NCBI GenBank assembly: GCA_951406725.2
Contig: OX597839.1
Location: 22,010,001-22,074,000, forward strand
Direction: 5' to 3'
Source: Octopus vulgaris
Taxonomy: Eukaryota
DNA length: 64,000 bases
Shown in pieces: positions 53,237 to 64,000 of the stretch (position 1 is its first letter; each line of letters starts with the position of its first letter). The notes under the pieces are model-generated. The model was not told the DNA's origin. It made no database searches and saw nothing but the letters and a program-made list of their open reading frames with translations. The position numbers were made by a program, and so were the translations under genes.

Positions 53237-56200
53237 TGTGTACAGTGCTCAGGTGCACTACAACTCATCTAAAGTGTATGTATAATCAGGTGTAGTTTCG
53301 GCGGATTTCGGAAAGCATGAGGGCCTTAAAGGATGCAGTGTCATGGCAGTCAACAACTGACGCAGGCAGTTTGTTCCATGCTTCAGCAACTCTTAGCGTG
53401 AAAAAATGTTTCCGAAAGTCATGGGAGCTGTGTTGTTTTCTGACTTTGTAGGCAGTTGTTTGAAATGGTTGTTTGAAATGGTTCCACAATCCTTGCTATT
53501 TTTGGCTTCCATAGTGGACCAGTGCTATCAAAAGCTTTCTTCTATTCTTCACCCAAACAATAGCAGCAAATTCCTTAAAATATTCCCCATTCCAAACGCA
53601 TTGATTTCTTCAATGCATTGTTCTCCAGTCTGCCATTGTCTGTACACACGCATTTATATAGACATGTATACCGTTGTGTCATGAGTGGGATCAACATAAA
53701 AGTATTCTATTTAGTGAGATATACATTATTTAATATGTACAGGAATTTATATATGTATATGTGTATATATATATATATATGCTAAGAGAAACTAAAAGTG
53801 CTTTTGATAGTAATTCATCCCATGTATGTGTATATACCCTCCTTCTTTCCTTCTTTCCTGAGCGTCCAATAATACTATATTTGTTCCATGTCCTTGCGTT
53901 GTGTTTTTTCTGTGCTGTCTTGTTTGGATTAACTTTATATATATATATATATATATTTGTATGTATGTGTGCATATGTATATACATGTCTGTCCGTCTGT
54001 CTATGTAGTATGTATGTAAACCATATTATTGTACAAGTTTTCCAATACCACATACCATAAATGACTGGCTTCTGTGCCAGTGGCACATAAAATACACCAA
54101 TCCGACTGTGGCTGTTGCCAGCCTCGCCTGGCACCTGTGCAGGTGGCACGTAAAAAGCACCCACTACACTCACGGAGTGGTTGGCATTAGGAAGGGCATC
54201 TAGCTGTAGAAACATTGCCAGATAAGACTGGAGCCTGACGAAGCCTTCTGGCTTCACAGATCCCCAGTTGAACCGTCCAACCCATGCCAGCATGGAAAAC
54301 GGACGTTAAACAATGATGATGATGATGATGATGATGATATACTCAAACGAATAATTGAGAGGCAGGAGGAGAGAGAGAGAGATGTGGGTGAGAGGTTAGA
54401 GGAGGGATGGAATAGCGAAAGTAAGAGGTGGATGCAAGGAAGATTGAAGACAGATTCAAGGCAATCCCTTTCATGTGGGCCTTGTGGAAGTTCCAGAAGA
54501 GTGCTCATAAAAATATTTAAAACTTTTATTTAGGCATGGCTGTGTGGTAAGAAGGTTGCTTCCCAGCCACATGGTTCTGGGCTCAGATCTCCCATGTGGC
54601 ACCTGGGACAAGTGTCTTCTACTTGAGCCTTTTGAATGGATTTGGTAGACGGAAACTGAAAAAAGCCTGTCGTGTATATATATATATATATATAATCAAA
54701 ATAAGCAACTTAAGTACCATATTCATCTGAATATATATATATTTATATATATATCATCATCATCATCATCATCGTTTAACGTCCGTTTTCCACGCTAGCA
54801 CGGGTTGGACGGTTCGACCGGGGTCTGGGGAGCCAGGGGCTGCCCCAGGCTCCAGTCTGATCTGGCAGTGTTTCTACAGCTGGATGCCCTTCCTGACGCC
54901 AACCACTCCGCGAGTGTAGTGGGTGCTTTTTACGTGCCACCTGCACAGGTGCCAGAGGGGTCTGGCATCGGCCATGATCGGTTGGTACCTTTTTATGTAC
55001 CACCAGCACAGAAGCCAGTCAAGGCAGCGCTGGCATCGGCCACGTTCGGATGGTGCTTTTTATGAGCCACCGGCACAGAAGCCAGTCGAAGCGGATTTGG
55101 CATCGGTCACGATCGGATGGTGCTTTTTATGTGCCACTGGCCAGTGGAGGCTGCACTGGCAACGGTCAATATATATATATACACACGTGTGCGTGTGTGT
55201 GCATGCACACGTCTTTGTTTTTTTTCCCTATTGCCACTTGACAACTAGTGTTGGTGTGTTAACGTCTTTGTATTCTAGTGGTGTTTGGCAAGATATACCG
55301 ATAGAGTAAGTACCAGGATTTTAGAAAAAAAACAGTAGGAGTGGGGTCGTCTATTCATTTGACTAAAGTTCTTCAAATCTAAAATACAAAAAACGTTTTT
55401 ACTGATTCTGAATGTTGGCTGTTTAAAATATGAAGCCCTTAAGTACTTTAAAGGAGCACAGCACAAAAGTTAAAAGAGTGTTTAAAAGAATTTAAAGGAA
55501 TTTTATTTTATTGACCCTAGAAAAATGGGTATTATTTGATTCTTTCACCTTCGCAATTTTCACTAAGTCGGGTGTTTTGCATGGAATCAAGTACCCTGAC
55601 GTTGCAAACCCCTTATTTTTGGTCGGAGAAGAAAAGTGGGGTACCGGACCCCCACCCTCATTGAAATCATTGAGAATTTTTTTTTTTTTTCTGTTGAATG
55701 AATTCCAACCCATGGGTTGGACGGTTTGATGAGTACTGGCAAGCCAGGAGACTGCAATGAGGGTGCAGTCTGTTCTGGCAAGGTTTCTATAGCTGGATGC
55801 CCTTCCTAATGCCAACCACTCTGAGAGTGTAATGGGTGCTTGTCACTGGCATCGGCCGTGCCTGTGCCAGCAGCACGTAAAAAGTACCATTTGAGGTTGA
55901 TGGATGTCAGTGCTGTCTGACTGGACCTGTGCCAGTCACACTTGAAAAGCAACCGCTTCACTCAGGGTAAAGAATGTGGACCGCACCCGCTTTGGTTTTT
56001 TTTCTTCATTTACAGAATCCCCCCATTTTCGAGTACAGAGATTCTGATTCTGCTAAAAGAAGAAAAACAAAAAAAAGAAAAAAAAACGGTACTTTCAAAT
56101 TTTAATTTCCCCCGACCAAAATTCTTCAAATTTCACTTTTTCAGAATTTTTTTTTTTTTTCGAAACACATGAAAAAATACGGAGAGGGTGAAAAGATACG

Positions 56201-56901
56201 TGAGGGTGAAAAGATCAATGGGGGTGGGGTGTATGTGTGAAATTTCCGAGGCTTCCACCTCACCCCACCCCATTTTCCGGACCCCAAAAAAGAATTTTGT
56301 AGCATATTAAGAGGTCACCGGAGTTCATTCAACGCAAAAAATAATAATAATTTCCACTGATTCCAGGATATGGTGGGGGGTGGGGGTCCGGTGCCCACCT
56401 TTTTTTCCCCGCACGCAAAAAATTCGATTTTTTCTTTTTTTTTTTCTTTGTGAAAATCGTGCGGGTGAAAGAATCAAAATTTACGAAAAACGAAACGTAA
56501 AGTCGACCTGGGTGAGATTTGAACTCGACTATTTTGTCTGTCGGTACCAAGCATTGCCCACATAATAATGGAAGACTCTTGAATCCGAGAAAGACGGATC
56601 CTTAATTTATTGCTGAAGAGTTTAGAGATTTATTTTAGTGATAGAATGTTTGTTTGTACTGTTTACTGGTGTACAGCAAATATATATACAGCCAAATATA
56701 TCGAGGTCGACTTTGCTTTTCATCCTTTCGGGGTCGATAAATTAAGTACCAGTTGCGCACTGGGGTCGATGTAATCGACTTAATCCCTTTGTCTGTCCTT
56801 GTTTGTCTCCTGTGTGTGTAGCCCCTTGTGGGCAATATAGAAATATATACATATGGTTCAAATTTATAGAAAAACTAAGATAGGTGTAGACACAACGAGC
56901 A

Positions 56902-56946
<45 letters not shown>

Positions 56947-57116
56947 ATTTGAAAACCCCACTAGAATGGGAGAAAGCGCTAATAATCTGAATGATATGAT
57001 AGATATACATGTAAAAAATGTAATATATAAATAAATATCTATAAATATGAACCATCCGATCTTCTGATCACCTCATTTCTTCTAATATATAATACCTGTA
57101 CATCATCTCCAAACCT

Positions 57117-57147
<31 letters not shown>

Positions 57148-57455
57148 CCAATTAAGGACTGAACACGAAAAGTGGACAGTCAACATGCTAGATATAGACG
57201 TCAAATCGCCATTCTCGTGTCCAGTCCTTAATTGGTATATATAAATATTTTAATCTTCGGATTCTTTTTAATATGCTAGACCACTGGTTTTAATTGACTA
57301 ATATCAATTTCTACCTTTAATTAATTTTATATATATATACGGCGTGACTTCGGTATATGTACCGGATACATTTCAAGAAAGTGTTTGTTTTTTTTTATTA
57401 TATATATGTGGGGGTTAGGGGTGGGAGAAAAGGGTTTCTGTCATCTTCAGAAATG

Positions 57456-57576
<121 letters not shown>

Positions 57577-57842
57577 CAAACAGGTCAAAGGTCAAAGGTG
57601 TTCCCACGGCTCGGATCGCAGAGCGACGTGGAATAAAGTGTTTTTGCTCAAGAAAGAGATCGCACTGCGCAGTCGAGGAATCGAAACCCTCATCGTGCAA
57701 GACCCGAACCACCATTTAGTCACGGCTAAGATATTCACAAACTCCCCCCAAAGTCTCTCTCTTTGTTTTATTGAAAGTTCGATGGAAAAATTCGACCGAA
57801 ATCCTAAAAACGTCGTCGTCGCCCCTCGTCAGCCGTGCTCAT

Positions 57843-57878
57843 TGACGTCACTTCCGTCGTAGATGCCGACACTTCCGG
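57843..57878. promoter_or_regulatory. TMEM201 promoter: overlapping CRE-ETS element plus a second ETS site
   Basis: TGACGTCA (57843-57850) overlaps CACTTCCG (57849-57856); ACTTCCGG at 57871-57878; CpG-rich neighbourhood just before the ATG at 57883. Confidence 0.7.
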
Positions 57879-57882
57879 CGTT

Positions 57883-57989
57883 ATGGCCATGTCCACCATG
57901 GAGTATTTCCTTTATTTACAGATCGTCGCCGCTTTTCTCGCAGTTTTTGCACTATTTGGTTGTACGGTTTTAATATTTAAGCTAATTAG
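57883..57989 (+). CDS. TMEM201: TMEM201 (Samp1/NET5/Ima1 family inner nuclear membrane protein) exon 1, hydrophobic N-terminal segment
   Basis: MAMSTMEYFLYLQIVAAFLAVFALFGCTVLIFKLI(R)|gtgagc; phase 2 matches the next exon; three in-frame ATGs, so the start is uncertain. Confidence 0.8.
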
Positions 57990-58354
57990 GTGAGCTTCTT
58001 TGCTGTTTCCCTTTTAAATTGATTTCCATTGAAGTCTTTTTTTTTGCAGAGTTTTGTTTTATTTTCTTGTTTTTTTGTTTTTTTTTCCTCTCAATTTGGC
58101 GCCAACACGTGTCGGGAGGGAGCAAACCACCACCAGGCACCCACGCATTTACCCATATCTGTCTTCCGTCTCCTGTTTTACTCTTTTCTCTTATTTATTT
58201 CCTTTATTCTCATTAAATTCTTCGATTCAATCGGAATCCTTCGCTTTTTTTTTAAACCCCAAAACCCAAAATCCAAACATTTTATCGCTTTTTTTTCTTA
58301 ATATATTTTAATTAATCACTAATTGCAAGGATTTAACGTCAGAAACAATAAATT

Positions 58355-58559
58355 TGGCGATCTTTCGTTTGTAGTAGCACGTTTCCGTCGATGATTTCCG
58401 TAAAAAACTTTTATTTTTTTTACATATGGGCTTGCGGGAACTCTTAGTCTCTTTCGCTCTCATTACTTCAAATGTTCCCGCAAGCCCATATGTAAAAAAA
58501 TTAAAGTTTTTTACGGAAATCATCGACGGAAACGTGCTACTACAAACGAAAGATCGCCA
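58355..58559. repeat. Near-perfect inverted repeat (87/86-bp arms, 32-nt loop) in TMEM201 intron 1
   Basis: tggcgatctttcgtttgtagtagcacg...gcgggaac / gttcccgc...cgtgctactacaaacgaaagatcgcca. Confidence 0.9.
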
Positions 58560-58832
58560 TAAATTTTAGCTCCTGTTTTCGAGAAACAGAATCGGACAGG
58601 ATACGTTTATTTCACAGACATTTCTTTCTAGAAAAATCTGTTTGTTCCTGTAATTAATTGCATTTTGCTTTGCCTCAAACCTCGCAACACGACTCGCAGT
58701 GGTCGTCGAAATTAATGAAATCTTTACCACATTACAAGGAAACCCTTACGTGGGGTCGCTAAACCTGTTAGAAATAGCAGCCAATCTTTCCCGCCTTTCT
58801 GTCTTCGGACCACAGTCTACTCACGCAGGACG

Positions 58833-59087
58833 TTTTTGTTAATGTAGTCTTAGGTACACAGTGCATGAAAATAAAAAAATTAAAAAAATGGGGTGGACAT
58901 AGCTAGAAGGATCAACAGCGATTCGATCGCTGGATCCTTCGATTACCACCCAACATGTGGTTTTTGTTAATGTAGTCTTAGGTACACTGTGCATGAAAAT
59001 AAAAAAATAAAAAAACGGGGTGGACATAGCTAGAAGGATCGACAGCGATTCGATCGCTAGATCCTTCGATTACCACCCAACATGTGG
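58833..59087. repeat. 128/127-bp tandem duplication, each unit containing a stem-loop
   Basis: Units start at 58833 and 58961. Confidence 0.9.
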
Positions 59088-61662
59088 TAGTATATCAATT
59101 GCTTACATGTGCAGTTGTCACAGTGCTGCGGGGTTTAGCTTTTGTGGGATTATTAAAACTACACCAAAACACGTGCTGACGTTCGATCTGTTAGAAACAG
59201 CAGCCAACTCCCTTGAATCACGTCTACAGCAATTTTTTTTTTTATTGGATACTGTTGTCTGAAAAGTTGGGACGGTCATGGCTAGAATCACTTTTGATCA
59301 TGGTCTGATCGATGGGGACTGACCTGGGGTTAAAGAATAAATTAGACTTTACTATCTCAGATGAAACACATTCGGTAGTGTAGTCCAAGGTAGACTAATC
59401 TGCCTAGAAATAAAAATCGGGATGTTCCTGGCAGGGTTGTCTTTTGATCAAATGAGTTGGGGTGAGGGACATCACCAACCACACAAATATAGAATTCGAT
59501 CTTGTTTCATTGGCGATCCCAGAGACAGATCGAAGACAACAACTGTATTTATTGATTTCTCACACGGGACAGGGTCCATATTTTAGGAGCTGGGTATAGC
59601 CCAGTGGTGTCCAGTCAGGATGGGTGGGGGCCCTCGGACTTTTAAGGGTTTGTGAGCTGAGCCCACAATTTGTTGATAAGACAAGCGTTTCAAAACCGGG
59701 GATGGAGTTGTTCATTTGTCTTACGTCTGTTTTTCCATGCTTGCATGGGTTGGGCGGATATTTTATTTGAGCCAGTTATTGTTTTATAGGGTGTCTGGGG
59801 AAAATTCCTTTAAATAAAAGGGGTTTTTTGTTATTGAAAAGAGTGAAAATCATTTATGTTGTCAATTAGATCAATTCCAGGACTTATTCTTTGTAAGCCT
59901 AATACTTATTGCATCGGTCTCTTTTGCCGAACCTCTAAGTTATGGGGACGTAAACACACCAACATCGGTTGTCAAGCGATGGGGGGGGGCAAACACAGAT
60001 CCACGAACATATATCATGATCATCATCGTTTAACGTTCGCCTTCCATGCTGGCTTGGGTGGGACCGTTTCACAAGAACCAGCCTGACAGAGGCCTGCACC
60101 AGACATCTGTGATTGTATTGGCAGGGGTTTTACAGCTGGATGCCCTTCTTAACACCAACCACTCAGCAGAGTGGATTTTATGTGGCACAAACACAGACGA
60201 TGTCAGTTTCAGCAAGACTATGGGCTTCTTTCAGTTTCCGTCTACCAAATCCACTCTGAGGGCTTTGGTTGGCCTGAGGCTATAATAGAAGACACTTGCT
60301 CTAGGTGCCACACAATGGGACTGAACCTGGAGCCATGTGGTTGGGAAGCAAGCTTCTTACCACATTGTCACTCCTGCATCTATCCACCCCATGCTTGCCC
60401 TTCATGTCGTTCTCAGCGAGATTCAGTGTGACACAGAATGTAACAAGGCTAAGCCCCTTTGAATTACTGGTACAACTCATTTTTGTCAGCTGAGTGGACT
60501 GGAGCATTGGGAAAATAAAACATCTTGCTTAACAACTCAACAGGTCACCAGGAATCGAGCTGCCGACCTGACAATCCTGAACTGAATACCCTAACCATTA
60601 AGCTATGTGCCTTCACATAGATTATCTTAATCCATTCTTGAATATATTTCTTAGATTAAATGAATTGCTTACACAGTAGAACCTCGCTGTGTGGTAAGTA
60701 GCTTGTTTGCCAGCCACATGGTTCCGGGTTCAGTCCCACTGCGTGGCACCTTGGGCAAGTGTCTTCTACTATAGCCTCGGGCCGACCAAAGCCTTGTGAG
60801 TGGATTTGGTAGATGGAAACTGAAAGAAGCCCGTCGTGTATATGTATATATATATATATATGCGTGTGTGTGTTTGTGTGTCTGTGTTTGTCCCCCTAGC
60901 ATTGCTTGACAACCGATGCTGGTGTGTTATGTCCCCGTTACTTAGCGGTTCGGCAAAAGAGACCGATAGAATAAGTACTGGGCTTACAAAAGAATAAGTC
61001 CCGGGGTCGAGTTGCTCGATTAAAGGCGGTGCTCCAGCATGGCCGCAGTCAAATGACTGAAACAAGTAAAAGAGTAAAGAGTAAAAGAGAGTGCGAGTGC
61101 CCCATTGTATGAGTCAAGACTCGTGTGAATCTTTGTCTCCGCAGTACGAGCAGGCAAATCGTCCCATCTTTCAGGTAATTCAGTTAAGAAAACCAGTTTA
61201 CATATTTCTTTGGCATTCTCTTTTATAATTATCTATTTCTTTACTATCCACAAGGGGCTAAACACAGAGGGGACAAACATGGACAGACAAAGGGATTAAG
61301 TGGATTATATCGACCCCAGTGCGTAACTGGTACTTATTTAATCGACCCCGAAAGGATGAAAGGCAAAGTCGACCTCGGTGGAATTTGAACTCAGAACGTA
61401 ACAGCAGACGAAATACGGCTACGCATTTCACCCGGCGTGCTAACGTTTCTGCCAGCTTTTTTATAATTGTCACTTTACTTGTGACAACATTGTTTCTTTT
61501 TTAAAACCCATGAAAATTTACTTTTGAGTGGTTTTGGTGGGGGTTGGAACGGATTAATTATATTCGAGTTAATTTCAATGGGGAAAATTGATTTGTAAAA
61601 CGAGTAAATCGTAAGATGAGCTTGGTGGTATCACTATATTATTTTGTATTTATTATTTTCAG

Positions 61663-61780
61663 GGCCAAGTTCCCCGTTCGAGTCGTGTGTTGGTTTTGTA
61701 GTGAGAAATCCACCGTCCCCTTTGGTAATTGTAATTGCTGGGATTGCCCCCACTGTGAACAGTACAATGGATTTAAAAAG
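61663..61780 (+). CDS. TMEM201: TMEM201 exon 2 (Ima1 N-terminal zinc-binding CxxC motifs)
   Basis: ttttcag|G GCC AAG...AAA AAG|gtaaga; AKFPVRVVCWFCSEKSTVPFGNCNCWDCPHCEQYNGFKK, closely matching TMEM201 VNCWFC...VPYGNRNCWDCPHCEQYNGF. Confidence 0.96.
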
Positions 61781-63292
61781 GTAAGAAGATAAAGTTGACA
61801 TTAACACATTTGTGAGTAATGAGGGGATTGATAAGGGGACAGACAAAATGTCTTGAAGTAAAGTGTATCTTTATGTTGTGTGTTCAAACTCTGCCAAGAT
61901 CAACTTGGCTTTCTGGGGTCAAATAAACCGGTTGAATATGAATGTCAGTTGTAACTGTAAGCCCCCCACCTCTACCAAATTGTGTGGCTTTGCATCTGTT
62001 AGAAATCAATCATCATCGTTTAACGTCCGCTTTCCATGCTAGCATGGGTTGGACGGTTCAACTGGGGTCTGGGGAGCCCGAAGGCTGCACCAGGCTCCAG
62101 TCTGATCTGGCAGTGTTTCTACAGCTGGATGCCCTTCCTAATGCCAACCACTCCGAGAGTGTAGTGGGTGATTTTATGTGCCACCGACACAGGTGCCCGA
62201 GGCTGGCGAACGGCCACGCTCGGATGGTGTTTTTTATGTGCCACCGACACAGGTGCCAGATGGCCACGCTCGGATGGTGTTTTTTATGTGCCACTGACAC
62301 AGGTGCCAGACGGCCACGCTCGGATGGTGTTTTTTATGTGCCACCGACACAGGTGCCACACGAGGCTTTAACGTAAGAACAGGTGTGGCTGTGTGGTAAG
62401 AAGTTAGCTTCCCAACCACATGGTTCCAGGTTCAGTCCCACTGCATGACACCCAGATTAAGTATCTTCTACTGTAGCTTCAGGCTGATGAAAGCCTTGTG
62501 GATTTGATAGATGGAAACTGAAAGAAGCTCAGCATGTGTGTTTGTGTGTCTGTCTCTCTCTCTATGTGTGTGTGTGCATGTATTTGTGTTTGTCTTGTTG
62601 GCAATTGGTGTTGGTGGGTTTATGTCCCTGAAATTCGCCAGCCTCGTCTGGCACCTGTGTCGGTGGCACATAAAAAGCACCATCCGAGTGGCCGTCTGCC
62701 AGCCTCGTCTGGCACCTGTGTCGGTGGCACATAAAAAACACCATCCGAGCGTGGCCGTTCGCCAGCCTCGTCTGGCACCTGTGTCGGTGGCACATAAAAT
62801 CACCCACTACACTCTCGGAGTGGTTGGTGTTAGGAAGGGCATCCAGCTGTAGAAACACTGCCAGATCAGACTGGCCTGGTGCAGCCTTCGGGCTCCCCAG
62901 ACCCCAGTTGAACCGTCCAACCCATGCTAGCATGGAAAGCGGACGTTAAACGATGATGATGATGAAACTTAGCAGTTTGGCGAAAGTGACTGATAGAACA
63001 AATACCAAACTTTAAAAATGGTCAGTACTCAGGGGTAGGGGTCAATTTGCTTGACTAAAAATTCTTCAAGATGGTGCCCCAGCATGGCCACAGTAAGTAG
63101 AAGATAAAGATACCTGAGATTGAACAAACCAATGAGCATAAGTCCTGTCCCATGTCGAAAAACAACTGATGCACCTGTTGGGGGCCCTTCATCCTCTATC
63201 ATTTTGTTTTGCTTTTGCTATATTTTTGATAATTTTATTTTCTTTTCCAAATTTTGCTATACTTTTTCTTTTCTTTTTGTTTCTGTATTTAG

Positions 63293-63463
63293 GATGGAGA
63301 TTACAATAAACCAATTCCAGCTCAATGGTCTTCCGAACTCAACTTCCCAATTTCCTGTTCCAAAGAGAAAATGGTTCCTTTATCCAACGGTCTCTGTTCT
63401 GCCTGCAATGAAAGACAACTTCTCAAAGTTCAACAGTTGGCTGTCTTCAAGCCATTTGTTGAG
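63293..63463 (+). CDS. TMEM201: TMEM201 exon 3; gene continues beyond the window
   Basis: tatttag|GAT GGA GAT TAC...GTT GAG|gttagt; DGDYNKPIPAQ...LCSACNERQLLKVQQLAVFKPFVE matches GDYNKPIPAQ...LC..CN..Q..KI.QLA.F. Confidence 0.95.
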
Positions 63464-64000
63464 GTTAGTCTTGTAATGTTGTCTCAATTATTATTAATAC
63501 TAATTATACAAATTCTGCTGAAATCAATTTTCATCCTTTCATCATTTTGGGGGTCAATGGAAAAAGTACCTGTTATGCACTGGGGTTAATTTAATCGACT
63601 TCCCCCCCATCTTCCCCCAAATTTCAAGCCTTGTGCTTATAGTAGAGAGGATTATTATCATCATCATTATTATTATTATCATTATTATTAAGTGAGAGAG
63701 CAGTTCATGCCATCAAAGTGACACGGGTAAAATATACGAAGCCCAATATACCCATCATGACTACCCGTCTGATAAGGGTACACCAGGCACATGCATCACA
63801 GCCATATGTGCGCGACATGGTGATCTCATATCAAGATAAACAGCACATGACCTTGCCGGTGGGGCCCAGTTAGAATTTTCTTCTGGTCGAGTAACCCATC
63901 CCGCTCAAAAGGTTGTTTAAGGATGTTGAAAGAACCACCCATGTTTCCAGAGGTGAATTATTCAAACCCCAAAGAATCCCTCTCAACACATGGCTATGAT

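Noticed and set aside
63120-63589. ORF-track ORFs 63120-63476 and 63371-63589 as standalone genes
   Set aside because: They overlap TMEM201 exon 3; one is the wrong frame and the other reads through the donor into intron

Overview
Repeat-rich animal genomic DNA. The SINE/LINE/MITE repertoire and dense (TA)n/(CA)n/(CAT)n microsatellites look like an octopus (coleoid cephalopod); this is recognition by eye, not a database result. Two conserved spliced genes can be rebuilt on the + strand with GT-AG introns and consistent phases. NSRP1/CCDC55 has 7 visible coding exons (4887-31091; the start exon was not found) and a greatly expanded RS-rich last exon. TMEM201/Samp1/Ima1 has its first three exons here (57883-63463 and continuing past the window), behind an ETS-CRE promoter. 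Between them is an intronless 269-aa Cys/Arg-rich orphan ORF (45337-46146). About 400 bp downstream of it lies a near-perfect palindrome carrying two back-to-back minimal hammerhead-ribozyme motifs. Other notable structures are an 11 x ~123-bp array made from the 3' end of a CR1-like LINE, minisatellites seeded by a piggyBac-type MITE, nested foldback elements, a non-autonomous Helitron, mariner and RTE relics, and a probable local mis-assembly at one NSRP1 exon. Most other ORFs in the track are by-products of repeats.
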